Virus record (IMG/VR): IMGVR_UViG_3300008261_000101
Coordinates: 1 to 53,861 of that record
From: a virus
Taxonomy: Duplodnaviria > Caudoviricetes
DNA: 53,861 nt
Reading direction: 5' to 3' (one strand)
A program made the position numbers and the translations under genes. Under the pieces are notes generated by a model. It was not told the origin of the DNA and did no database searches. It saw only the letters and a list, made by a program, of their open reading frames with translations. Positions 28,097-39,100 of this stretch are shown here, piece after piece (within the stretch, counting starts at the first letter, position 1; each line of letters opens with the position of its first letter).

Positions 28097-28531
28097 ATGA
28101 AAAGTATTGTTTGTTCCGGTGCACTGTTTTATACATTATCCACTAGTAGATTTTTATTACTTCATAGAACGCAATCTAAACAAAACAATGTTTGGGGTTT
28201 AGTTGGCGGTACAAATGAAGAACGTGAAACTCCGTGGGAAGGGTTAAAACGAGAAATAACTGAAGAAATAGGGACTATGCCTGATATTAAAAAAGTTATT
28301 CCGTTGGAAACATTTATAAGTAACGATGAACATTTTAAATTTCACACATACTTGTGTGTAATTGACCATGAATTTGTTCCTACTTTAAACAATGAGCATG
28401 ACGGATATGCCTGGGTTAAGTTTGGAAGTTGGCCAAAACCCTTGCATACTGGGTTGGCCAACACTCTTAGACGTAAAGCAAATCAGCAAAAATTAGACAC
28501 AGTTTTTAAGATTGTTGATTTAATTTCGTAA
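28097..28531 (+). CDS. NUDIX hydrolase
   Basis: Nudix box GGTNEERETPWEGLKREITEEIG, plus LNNEHDGYAW and PLHTG; start reassigned to the ATG at 28097. Confidence 0.9.
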   Translation: MKSIVCSGALFYTLSTSRFLLLHRTQSKQNNVWGLVGGTNEERETPWEGLKREITEEIGTMPDIKKVIPLETFISNDEHFKFHTYLCVIDHEFVPTLNNEHDGYAWVKFGSWPKPLHTGLANTLRRKANQQKLDTVFKIVDLIS

Positions 28532-31500
28532 ACTGTTCTTTTAGCCAATCAAAGTCGTTGATTTTTCTTAACGCTTCGATGTTGCCTATATTATCTATAC
28601 CGTACTGCTTACCTGCATTTGCACCAGCAATACAATAATCGCCAAATTCTTTATCCTTGCCACGAGTACACCAGACGTTTAATCTAAAATCAGTTTCCTC
28701 GTCTCGCTGGCCGTCAATGGTTTTTGATGACAATTTTACACATTCTCTAAACGCACTTCTCCAAGTACTAAACGGATCGGTATTAAATTTAGTAATATTG
28801 GAAACACGGTTTATAGACTTAAACAATGTAGATATACTTGTAGTCATGTCAGGCTTGGTTGTGTCCATGGTTAGTGTTAACTCTTTAGGTAACAACTTTA
28901 CTGCACCATATCCGTATACTAAGTTATTAATAGGGTTCAGTGATTTCCAAACGTGAACTGTTTTTTTACTATCAGGGTCGTATGTTGGAATATAGTAATC
29001 AAAATTAAAATTATCAATAATCTCGGCATCAGCATCAACAACCCAGATCATTTCAGACGAACAAAGTCGTGCTGCTTCAATATGTGCTTGGTGTATGCCT
29101 TGTACTCCGTGTACACGCTTTGCGTTAGGAAATCTTTCTTTTAATTTACTATAATTTGTATCTGCATGTTCTTCGTCTTTGCTTATAAACACAATGTCAT
29201 AAGTTTTTGGATTGCTTGCTACAATGTCGTATTCTTTCTTTTCTAAATAAAATCTATGTGTTACTTCGTGTTCAATTGCTGGAAGTTTTTTACTCATTAA
29301 AGCTACGCCATCGTATGCACTGCCGTTTTTAAAGATGTGATGTATACTTCTTTCAAACCATTGATTGTGTGGAAAATACAAATCAAATTTAAAATTATTT
29401 GCAATGTCAACATCATCAGGAATTGACCAAAACATTTCTGTTTTTGAGTTTTGCACTGCATTTAAATAGTCGGCGTAATTCTTTATAATAAACTTATCAT
29501 AAACAACTGGACCACTTGCAACTATATCCCATTCTTTTCGTTTTGCAATTAATCTGTGTTCTACTTCTTTTTCAGTTAACACTATTTTTTTAGTACACAA
29601 AAATAATCCATCAAACGAAATTTCGTCACCGCATTTATGTTTAAACACGTGATTTATGTTTCTATCAAATGTCTCGTGATGACTAAAGTACATGTTTAAA
29701 TTAAACGTATCAGAGATTTTTATATTATGTGTGCCCATCCAAAACATGTCGGTAGCTGATTTTTCAAGAGCATCTAAATATTGATCATACGTGTCGATAA
29801 AAAAGAAATCATACGGCTTAGGATAAACGCCCCAGAACAATTCTGTTTTTGATTTTTCTAATGCATTTAAATAATCGTTGTAGTTGTTAACAGTAAACTT
29901 TTCATATTGACCGTTTGTGGATACAACAGTATCCCACTCTTTTGCGTTAACAATAAATCTGTGTTCTATTTCTTTTTCGGTAATAGGTTTATGTTTACTT
30001 AATAAGAACACGCCGTTAAATTTTATTTCGTTGTTGTCTTTGTGCGCAAATGCATGATTTTGTTTTCTATCATATTCATTGTCATGAGTAAAATAGATTT
30101 TTTCAAGTTCGTTTTCGTTTACTTTAATGTTGTGTGATAACGCCCAAAACATTTCTGTTTTGGTATTATCTAATGCATTGATATAATCGTCAAATGTTTC
30201 TATATAAAACTTATCATATATAACTGGACTGCTTGCAACTATGTCCCACTCTTTTGCGTTAACAATAAATCTGTGTTCTATTTCTTTTTCGGTAACAGTC
30301 TTGTGTTTCGAAATTAAAAATAAACCATTTCGATAAGTTTTACCTTCAACTTGATGAATGAAGCTATGGTGTGTTTTCCTGTCGTATTCATTTTCATGTA
30401 AAAAATACAAATCAGGAATTGTAGGAGATATGTTGCTACTACTCATCCAGAACATTTCAGGTCCATTAGAATTTAGTGCAGTTAAGTAATCGTTGTAACT
30501 GTCAATGTTGTATACAGGATACTTGACTGGACCAGAAACAATAACATTCCATTCTTTTCGTTCAACAGGATGTCTGTATTCAACTTCTTTTTCGTTTAGT
30601 GCTTTACATGTACTGCATAGTATTAAACCATTTTTATATAACTCATTGTTTACTTTATGTAAAAATACGTGTGTTTGTTCGCGATCAACTCGATTGTGCC
30701 AATCTATGTAAAAATTGTTTATATAATCATGATCTACAGAAATATTATTTGTAGATACCCAAAATAGTTCTGTTGTAGTTTTGTCTAGTGCATTTAAATA
30801 ATCATTATAATTTTCTACGTTGAATATATCATAGGGTTTCGGATGTGATGCAACTACATCCCATTCTTTTTTTTCTATATAAAACCGATGTTCAAATTCT
30901 TTTCTAGTTACTGGACTTCTTTTAGAAAAAAGTACTATTCCATCATACGAGTCTTTGTTTTTAAAAACGTGTGTAATATCTCTATCAAACATGTTATAAA
31001 AATCAAAATTAATTGAAAAGTCAAAATCTTTTTCAACTATTACGTCTTTTGGAACATGCCAAAACAATTCTGTTTTTGAAGTTTTTAATGCTACTTCATA
31101 GTCTTCATACGTGTCAAAAGAAAATATTTCGTAATTTCTAGGTTTACTTGCTACTTGTTTTATTTGTTTCTTTTGTGCTAAGAATCGATATTCCAATTCT
31201 TTATCTGTTGGAATATAGCTTTTAGGCATTAACACAATACCATCAAACTTATCATTTTTTCCATTACCGAATAAATGGGGATATTTAAAACTCCACTCGT
31301 CTGGTTCGTAATCAAACTCAAATGTTTTATCTACAATTAAATCGTCGTACACAATCCAAAACATATCTGTTACTGCTACTCTCATAGCATCTTGATAGGT
31401 TTTAACTGCAATAGCTTCGGGAAATCTTTTTCTTAAATCTTCCCATGTACCGGTTTCTTTGTCACCTAGGAAGAAAATATCAAAGTTATGTTTTCCTCTA

Positions 31501-31889
31501 TACACATCGTAGTCACCGCAAATGTTAGTTTCGGTTACAAGATGTGTTTCATCATTTACGATAGTTGGTACAAGTCTAACTTTTTCCCAACTACTTACAC
31601 GCTTGCTTTCTTTAAAAACATATGGAAAACAAATAGTACATCCATAGTCATCACGTTTGGGTTTGTAGTGCCACGGAAACGATCTATATACTTCGATATC
31701 TTTATCAACAACCCATACATAATCTGACTTATCTTTGAACTTTTCGAGTTGTTTTAAATCGTAGTTCTTTGCGTCTTCTACATATAGGATTGGAAATCTT
31801 TGCAAGATATGATTTTTTAAAACATCTTGTGCATTGTAAGTCTTTTTACTAAATTTTTTAAAACGTTCAACTGTATTCATTTGTCTCAT
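28506..31889 (-). CDS. giant tandem-repeat glycosyltransferase-like protein (about 10 GT-A-derived units, only the last with a DAD motif)
   Basis: Repeats of about 100 aa (Y..F....Y.DY..AL..S.TEMFW...FD...H.F.....DG..L...E..HRF....KEWD..AS.P); C-terminal WVVDADAEI, YGYGAVKLLP and WRSAFRECVKL. The start may be 31880. Confidence 0.7.
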   Translation of the reverse strand: MRQMNTVERFKKFSKKTYNAQDVLKNHILQRFPILYVEDAKNYDLKQLEKFKDKSDYVWVVDKDIEVYRSFPWHYKPKRDDYGCTICFPYVFKESKRVSSWEKVRLVPTIVNDETHLVTETNICGDYDVYRGKHNFDIFFLGDKETGTWEDLRKRFPEAIAVKTYQDAMRVAVTDMFWIVYDDLIVDKTFEFDYEPDEWSFKYPHLFGNGKNDKFDGIVLMPKSYIPTDKELEYRFLAQKKQIKQVASKPRNYEIFSFDTYEDYEVALKTSKTELFWHVPKDVIVEKDFDFSINFDFYNMFDRDITHVFKNKDSYDGIVLFSKRSPVTRKEFEHRFYIEKKEWDVVASHPKPYDIFNVENYNDYLNALDKTTTELFWVSTNNISVDHDYINNFYIDWHNRVDREQTHVFLHKVNNELYKNGLILCSTCKALNEKEVEYRHPVERKEWNVIVSGPVKYPVYNIDSYNDYLTALNSNGPEMFWMSSSNISPTIPDLYFLHENEYDRKTHHSFIHQVEGKTYRNGLFLISKHKTVTEKEIEHRFIVNAKEWDIVASSPVIYDKFYIETFDDYINALDNTKTEMFWALSHNIKVNENELEKIYFTHDNEYDRKQNHAFAHKDNNEIKFNGVFLLSKHKPITEKEIEHRFIVNAKEWDTVVSTNGQYEKFTVNNYNDYLNALEKSKTELFWGVYPKPYDFFFIDTYDQYLDALEKSATDMFWMGTHNIKISDTFNLNMYFSHHETFDRNINHVFKHKCGDEISFDGLFLCTKKIVLTEKEVEHRLIAKRKEWDIVASGPVVYDKFIIKNYADYLNAVQNSKTEMFWSIPDDVDIANNFKFDLYFPHNQWFERSIHHIFKNGSAYDGVALMSKKLPAIEHEVTHRFYLEKKEYDIVASNPKTYDIVFISKDEEHADTNYSKLKERFPNAKRVHGVQGIHQAHIEAARLCSSEMIWVVDADAEIIDNFNFDYYIPTYDPDSKKTVHVWKSLNPINNLVYGYGAVKLLPKELTLTMDTTKPDMTTSISTLFKSINRVSNITKFNTDPFSTWRSAFRECVKLSSKTIDGQRDEETDFRLNVWCTRGKDKEFGDYCIAGANAGKQYGIDNIGNIEALRKINDFDWLKEQFTKLNQQS

Positions 31890-32478
31890 CTAAAATAAAT
31901 GCTTTTATTCCGTAGTGTGCTACTTGTTTACTCAAGTCAACATCAATAAAAGTTTTGAATCCATACTCGTTTGCTTGTCTGCAAAAATAAATATCTTCAC
32001 CTACAAAGTTGTCTTCTGCTTCGTTATAAATGTGAGTAAACCACGGCTTAGGTAACGTTTCAAAAACTTTTCGACTTACTAACATGCACCCCATTCCAAC
32101 TGCCCAAACTTTATGCAAGCCTGTTTTGGCATCTAGCCTAGCATCTAGATCGTGCTGATTGATAAATGCAACACTTCTTAATGGTTTAACTCTTGTGCTA
32201 TAAGTTGCAGCAACAATATCTTTATTGTGTGCGAGCAACTGATCAACTGTGTCTTTTGGAAAGTGCATGTCACTGTCGAGCCAAAGTAAATAGTCCGATC
32301 CACTTTGTAATGCACGATTTGCTAGTATTTGTCGTAGGTCTGGAATAACAGTTCCTAATGCAGAAAATATTTCAAAATCTACACCGGACTTTGCCAAGTG
32401 CGAAGTTAAATTAGCAAGAGACTTGGCAAATCCTAGGTGTACATAGTTGTGTGAAGGAATGCATATTGCAATTTTCAT
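31867..32478 (-). CDS. GT2-like glycosyltransferase
   Basis: IAICIPS, LLWLDSDMHFP (DxD), GMGCMLV and GEDIYFC. Confidence 0.8.
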   Translation of the reverse strand: MKIAICIPSHNYVHLGFAKSLANLTSHLAKSGVDFEIFSALGTVIPDLRQILANRALQSGSDYLLWLDSDMHFPKDTVDQLLAHNKDIVAATYSTRVKPLRSVAFINQHDLDARLDAKTGLHKVWAVGMGCMLVSRKVFETLPKPWFTHIYNEAEDNFVGEDIYFCRQANEYGFKTFIDVDLSKQVAHYGIKAFILDETNEYS

Positions 32479-32879
32479 TAAACTAGCTCTTGACTAATCA
32501 AATCTAGATTCAATTCCTTTTCAGTTGCTAGTGTGAGTTTGTTTAGTTTGTTTGCTGTACTTGTTGCTTTTTTTACAACCTCTGCAAATTCTTTTTCAGG
32601 AAGCAGTGCCATTGCTAACATTGTTTCCGGTTGTACTTTACCTAAAGTTAGAAGATCTGCCGCTGCACGATTACCAAAATGTTCAATCCAATGGTGTTTG
32701 TCATCGGCTTCTGCTCTACCCAAAACTTCTTCTTCGGTTTCACTGCCTAAGATTTTAGTTTTAATAGATTGTTCTAGTTCCTTGTCTTCTAAATTAATAG
32801 ATTTTAATTTTTTAAGTTTTCTTGCCTTACTAAATTCAGTAGCAAGAATAACATTCTCGAGTTCATATGCTGTTATCAT
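32478..32879 (-). CDS. hypothetical protein (133 aa)
   Basis: GAGGAG SD; translationally coupled to the GT2 gene. Confidence 0.75.
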   Translation of the reverse strand: MITAYELENVILATEFSKARKLKKLKSINLEDKELEQSIKTKILGSETEEEVLGRAEADDKHHWIEHFGNRAAADLLTLGKVQPETMLAMALLPEKEFAEVVKKATSTANKLNKLTLATEKELNLDLISQELV

Positions 32880-32897
32880 AAAAGTATTCTCCTCAAA

Positions 32898-33071
32898 TTA
32901 ACTACCTTGACCACCGAATGTGGCACTAAGACAAATAAATGTACCTGAAGAAATACCTAAGTATGTTCCTAGTACACCCATGAATATAGGAGTTCCGGAA
33001 AGCCCGAAGTAAGTGTTTACATCGCTCATACAAATGAGACTACCTGTTGGTGGTAACGATCCTGTTGCCAT
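32898..33071 (-). CDS. 57-aa Gly/Ser/Thr-rich small protein (below the ORF-track cutoff)
   Basis: MATGSLPPTGSLICMSDVNTYFGLSGTPIFMGVLGTYLGISSGTFICLSATFGGQGS*; AGGA SD; promoter upstream; fills the gap exactly. Confidence 0.8.
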   Translation of the reverse strand: MATGSLPPTGSLICMSDVNTYFGLSGTPIFMGVLGTYLGISSGTFICLSATFGGQGS

Positions 33072-33091
33072 ATATATTCCTAGTTTTTACT

Positions 33092-33120
33092 ACAATAGCA
33101 GAGTATTTAATTTAAGTCAA
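33092..33120 (-). promoter_or_regulatory. sigma70-like promoter with an embedded TAAATA late promoter
   Basis: TTGACT-17 nt-TATTGT (extended TG); TAAATA at 33104-33109. Confidence 0.65.
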
Positions 33121-33122
33121 GT

Positions 33123-33149
33123 AGGATAGCCAAGGTTTTTGGCTATCCT
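33123..33149 (-). terminator. terminator after the giant fibre gene
   Basis: AGGATAGCCAA-N5-TTGGCTATCCT, an 11-bp stem. Confidence 0.8.
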
Positions 33150-33154
33150 TACTT

Positions 33155-36100
33155 TTATTTATCGAGTACTTTCTGAAGCATTGATCTCAACTCGTCAATT
33201 TGTCTTTGCTGTTCTTTAAACGCTTCGATAAATGCACCAGCAAAAGCACCGTAGTTAACTGACTTAATACCGTCCTCGCCTTCATGCACAACTTCTGGAA
33301 AATATTTCTCAACTTCTTGTGCAATAACACCCATATGTCTACGTTCGGTGTCTTCTTTATCGGTTCTTGTAAATGTCACACCACGTATGCTTAATATCTT
33401 GGTTAGCGGATCTGCAATAACTTCAATGTTATCTTTAACTCTAACGTCAGAGAAAGCACAAACATCACCAGTTGCAGTAAAAGTTCCATCGCCAGTTAAT
33501 ACTGCGGCTTGTGTAGTTCCGCCGTACCATCTGAAGTATGTAGTAGCACTAGCAGTTGGAACACTGTGCCACAATGTACTGCTTCCGATACCTATTGCAT
33601 AATCCACTGCCGCAGCACCTATAGCTGGATATAATAATAGTTTAGTACCGGCGCTTCTTGTGGTAAATGCAGGTAAGTCAACACCGTTGACGTTCCAGTC
33701 AATTCTGTTACCGCTTGCACCATTTAGATAAAGTTGACTGCTGCCTGCTGTAGCATTATTTGCACCAGATAGTATCAATGTTTGTGTACTTGGATTTATA
33801 CTGAAGTTAGTGTTAACAAGACCGGTTTGTGCACCTGTGGTGTTTGCAACAAACGTAATGTATCTAGTTGCGTTTGTCGAGTCAGTTGCAATGCTTTGTA
33901 GTGTATCAGTGTTTGTGTCAGTGTCACTCCACGGAACGTTTACTACCAAGTTGTCACTGCCGTCAACTTGAACTGCGTATGTTCTACTTGCTGTTGCACT
34001 AACTGCGTTTGATGCAACTGTTTGTGTAGTAGCATTTACGTTTGCATTAAATGTTGTGCCACTTAACGTTAATCCTGTTCCTGCTGTATAAGTTGTATTT
34101 GTGTCAACTACAGTTTCAGTTGCAGTTGTTAATCCAGTTACGTGACCGTATGTATCAAGTGTAACAGATTGGATATATGTTCTGCCAGTATTAGATAACG
34201 AATTTTGACCACTTGTATTTGAGTGACTGATTGTTATTCGATCTGCAACTGTATCAGCTACTAGATCGATACCGTTTGTGCTATCTACTGCTCCTGCTCT
34301 AATATATAGCGTATCATTGTTACTGTCTGCAACAACTGTATCAATTGCGGTACCATCAGATTGTTCAAGTGTGATGTTTTTAAATATATTCTGCGAGCTG
34401 CCGAGATCAGTGTTTGTAATACGAATAGCGTCACTTGTTGCAGCCACGTCGATATTAATACCAGATCCGCTTACTAGCGTTAGTGTGTCTCCAGTAGTAT
34501 CTGCAACAGCACTGCCTGTTTCTGCCCAGGTATATCCGCTGTCGGTATCAGTTACTGTAACAGTACCAAAGTCTGAACTTTGGCTAGTTAAGTAAGTTGC
34601 AGTTGTAACCGCAGTTACGTGACCAAAACCATCAAGAGTGATTGCAGCAATACCTGCACTACCTTGAGCGCCAGTTAATGTGCTGGTGTCTGCGTGTGCA
34701 ATTGTAGCTGCTGTACCTTCACCTGCTGTTGCACTGATAGTAAGCCCGCTTGATGTTGTTTCTGCACCAGGTGTGCCAGCAGCTACAGTTGCAACATAGT
34801 TACCAGTGGTGTCAGTCCCGAGCGCAACACTGTCGGCTGCAATTGTTGCTGTCAGTGTAACGGCTGCACTTCCGTCAATGCTTACGCTACCACTTAAATC
34901 GCCACCTAGTGTTATAGTTCTAGCTGTTGCCCACTTGGTTGCTGTTGCTGCGTTACCAGAAACGCTAATTGCATAAGTGCCTGTTAGTCTGTCGCTAGGC
35001 ACTGTACCACTGGTTAGCTGGCTAGCATTAAGAGTTGTTAATCCGCTACCATTACCGTTAAATATACCATTGGAGTATACGTTTCCGGCAACACCTAAAC
35101 CTCCGCCGATGATAACAGCACCGGTTGTATGGCTAGATGAAGCAGTTGTGTCGCTAAATGTCTTAGCTCCTGCCATAGTCTGAGTACCGCCTAGTCTTGC
35201 TCCGTCTACAGTACCACTTGATAGGTTTGAAGCATTTAAGGTTGTTAATCCGCTACCGTTGCCAGTGATTGTACCGCCAAGGTGAATGTTTCCAGCAACA
35301 CCTAGTCCTCCGCCGATGATAACAGCACCGGTTATAGTACTAGATGAAGCAGTAGTATCACTAAATGTCTTAACTCCTGCCATAGTTTGGTTTCCGCCTA
35401 AGCGAGCACCTGCTACTGTACCACTGGTTAATTCAGTCGCATTAAGAGCAGTTAAGTTTGTACCCACTCCGGAGAAGCCACTGGTTCCACCAAATGTTAA
35501 TGTTGTTGTACTAGCTGTTAAAGTAACGCCCGGAATTCGGAAGTTGGTTATACTACCGTTACCTAGTGTAATTTCGTTGCTGGTTGTACTTGTGCTTGCG
35601 TCTGCATTATAACCAATAACAATGTTATTACTGCCTAATGCAATGCTATCGCCAGCATTACTACCGATAGCAACGTTTTGTTTACCAGTGGTAATTGCAA
35701 GTGCCTGATATCCAACTGCAACGTTGTTTGTAGCTGTATCGCTTACAGTGCCGGTTGTGTTTTGCATCGATTGAGCACCAACAGCAACGTTGTATCCAGC
35801 ATTTGCTGCGGCTTGTGCTAGTGCATCATTTCCTATTGCAGTATTATGTGTTGAGCTAGTAACAAGAGCCAATGCTGTATTACCAAGTGCAACGTTATCT
35901 GTGCCTGTAACAACAGCACCCATTGCACCGACACCGACTACTAGATTGTCAGTACCGGTACTTATAGCTTGTCCACCTGCTATTGCAAGATTGGTTGCAC
36001 TATTTCCACCGCCACGACCGACTTTGTGGCTGTTTACAGTTATATCACTGGTAAATGTTTTTCCTGCTTGCGATGTAGGCAAATAGGAATCACTTATAGT

Positions 36101-39100
36101 ACCAGAACTTATATTTGAAGCATTTAGAGTTGTTAGTCCGCTACCATTACCAGTGAATGTACCACCAGAGTGAACATTTCCAGCAATACCGACACCGCCG
36201 TCAACAACTAATGCACCTGTTGTAGTGCTGCTCGAAGCAGTTGTTGCATCTATGTTTACATCTGGTTTAAGAGCAATAGCATTGCTACCAGTTGTACTTG
36301 TGAAAACAATAAAGTCATTTGATCCGTCTGTGATACTTAACCCGTCTACTAGGTTTGTAGGGAATACAATTTCGTTTTCGGTAGTTGCACCCTTAAAGTT
36401 TACGCTTTCACTTAGATACAAGTCTTTCCATGCAAGTGAACTTGTACCCAAGTCTCGAGCATCATTTGTACTTGGTTCTAAGTTGCTGTCCATACGTCCT
36501 ACAAATGTTATAGTGTCGGAAGTGGCATTACCTAGATTGATATCTCCATTTAAATCTGTTTGTCCTGTTACAGTTAGTGTACCTGCAACAGAAGTATTAC
36601 CACTTGCTACTACTACACGAAACTTTTCAGATCCGCTGGCGCCGATATCAAAGTTGGTACCATCAAAGCGGAAGTTTGCATCGTCTTCTACTATGCCACC
36701 AGTTCCTGCAATAACAATACGGTTATTGGTCAAGTCACTTATAGTTGCACTGGCTAGGGTTGATTCACCGGTAACACCCAATGTTCCTGCAACGGAAGTA
36801 TTGCCACTTGACGCAGTTACAGTAAATTTATTTGTATTAACTGAAAAATCGCCGCCGATGTCTCCTAGTCCGGAAACATCTAACGTACCAATGGTTGCTG
36901 TTCCGTTGACATTTATGCTTGTAGCTGTTAGATTCCCTTCAAACGCATCTGCAACAACAGTGCCGAGACTAAACGATGCATCGGCGACATTGATGTTGCC
37001 GGTTATTGCAGGATCGTATTCATCAAAGAACTTAAACTTTTGATCTGTAACATCAAAGAAGAATCCTAGATGAGTGTATCCTACACCCGATGTCCCTGTG
37101 TTTCTGTTTCCTGTAACACCAACATCAACGTTTACCGGCGAAGCACTACCTGACCAGATATCGTTTAGTGTGTGTCCTGTTGTCGATACCCACACAACAC
37201 TGATACCGTCTGCTAGTGCTACAGGGTCTGTATCTACATCAATGTCAGTTGCTTCTGTTGTAGAAAAGTTATCCAATGACCATTCAAACGTGTCAACTCC
37301 TCCAGTACCGCCGCCGACACTGTCTATTCTTACATAGAATGTTTGTGTTGTTGTACCCTGGTAGTGTCCTACTAGTGTAGCATCATCTAACCCTGTACCG
37401 GTGAATGTTGTTCCATCGTTTCCTATTGTGTCTCCAGAATTTAAATATATAAAACTAGAGTCAACTTCTAAGTTGTTCAATTTAACACTAGATTGACTAC
37501 CTAGTACTATTAAGTCTCCTGCAACTGTAACATCAGCATCGAAGTATGCACCTTCGGTGACTCTAAATTTTTCTACTGTGTGACTTCTTAGTTCGATGTA
37601 AATTGATCCTGTGCTTGCATTACTGGTTAAACAGATACCGATATCAACTGGGAAGTTAGGATAATCGGGTGCAGTTTGCACTAGTGTTCCTGGAGCATCA
37701 AACCCTAAGTGAATCTTTTGTCCAGATGTTAAGTTACTGGTATCGATACCGTCGATATATCCACTAACAATAACATAACCTTCTGCTCCGTTTGCAATAT
37801 TATGTCCTGCTAATCCTATAACTTCTATTTTGTTAAGATCGCTAGCATCGGCTAATGCAACTGTTGGATAGCGTCCAAAAACAGCATCTCCTGCAATATA
37901 AACACCTGTTACATAAACAGGTTGACCTTTATTGATAGTTGCGCCTGAACTGTTGCGGCAACGAATAAATTCACGTTCACCTAATGTAATGTCAAAGTTA
38001 CTATTATTGCTAAACAATACCAATGACTCAAAATCGCTGTCATAGTATAGTCTGCCTTCTTGGTATGACGGACGACTTGAATATGCAGTCGGTGAAAAGT
38101 CTATTCGGCCCAGGTTAGCTTCAGTTACGTTAACTGTACCATTGACGTATAAGTTTTCTGCAATACCAACTCCGCCGTCGACAACTAATGCACCTGATGT
38201 ATAACCAGTAGATCCTGTGGTTGAATTAAATGTGACATTACCATCAACTGTAAGAGCATCATCTACTTTTACATCTCCTGTAAACGTTGCCAGACCACTG
38301 GTGTCTATTGTTAGACGTGTAGTTGATGTTTGCTCAATAGCACTGGACGATCCAACTTCACCTGTTTTTACAACAAAGTTGCCGCCGGTGGCATTACCTG
38401 TTCCTAGTCCGGCTTGTATAGTAAATGCGCCGCCGGCTATGTTTGTTCCTATACCGCTTTCACCTTTGAGTGTTGCATTTGCAGTACTGCTACTTGCTTC
38501 TGCACTACCGAAAATAACATTTCTGTTTCTTATTAACATTGTGTTATCTTTAGTAAGTGTTCCTGCAATAGGCGATGACGAACTTACAGTAACGTTTGCA
38601 TTGGTTTTTATAGTAAAGCTAGTAGCGTTAAATGTTGCGCCTAGTACTGGCCATTGTCCATCTAAGTTAGAAACAGTGCTACTAGCTATGTTAATGGTGT
38701 CGCCTGCTCTGATGCCTAATGTAAACGGAGTATAGGTAAATGTTAATGTTGTACTTGACGATATTGTTCCAGTTGTTTCTGCACTCAAATAAACATAATC
38801 AGTTGTAACACCGGAAACTGTTGTATTTGCAGGAATACTAGCAGAACCAGTTACTAACATGCCTGCTAGTATTCCACTAGTACTTGCCATTGGAACTTCT
38901 TTGTCACCATTTCCAGTAATACCGTCTGTTGCTGCGGTAAAAGATTCTAAGTTTACTGTTACTGTTGTTGAGGAGGTTGCATCGTAGTTGTCAATGAAAC
39001 TTGTTATATTTCTTGTAGCAGTACTCTTACCTATTTTTACAGTTTCGGCAGCAGATCCTAATTCTAGTGTAGTAACATTATCATTGTATACCAAACCAAT

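Noticed and set aside
29932-30295. Possible CRISPR-like or att-site direct repeats (also 15075-15242)
   Set aside because: Only two copies each, both in frame within protein repeats; no spacer array or integrase.
35000-35450. Possible DGR template/variable repeat pair in the fibre
   Set aside because: The repeats are tandem, in frame and coding, I see no adenine-specific mismatch pattern, and there is no reverse transcriptase in the window.
36225-37043. 272-aa plus-strand ORF, and the many other antisense ORFs across 33-53 kb
   Set aside because: These are shadows of the codon bias of the Thr/Gly/Val-rich minus-strand genes. They have no SD or promoter and a V/P/L/S-biased composition.
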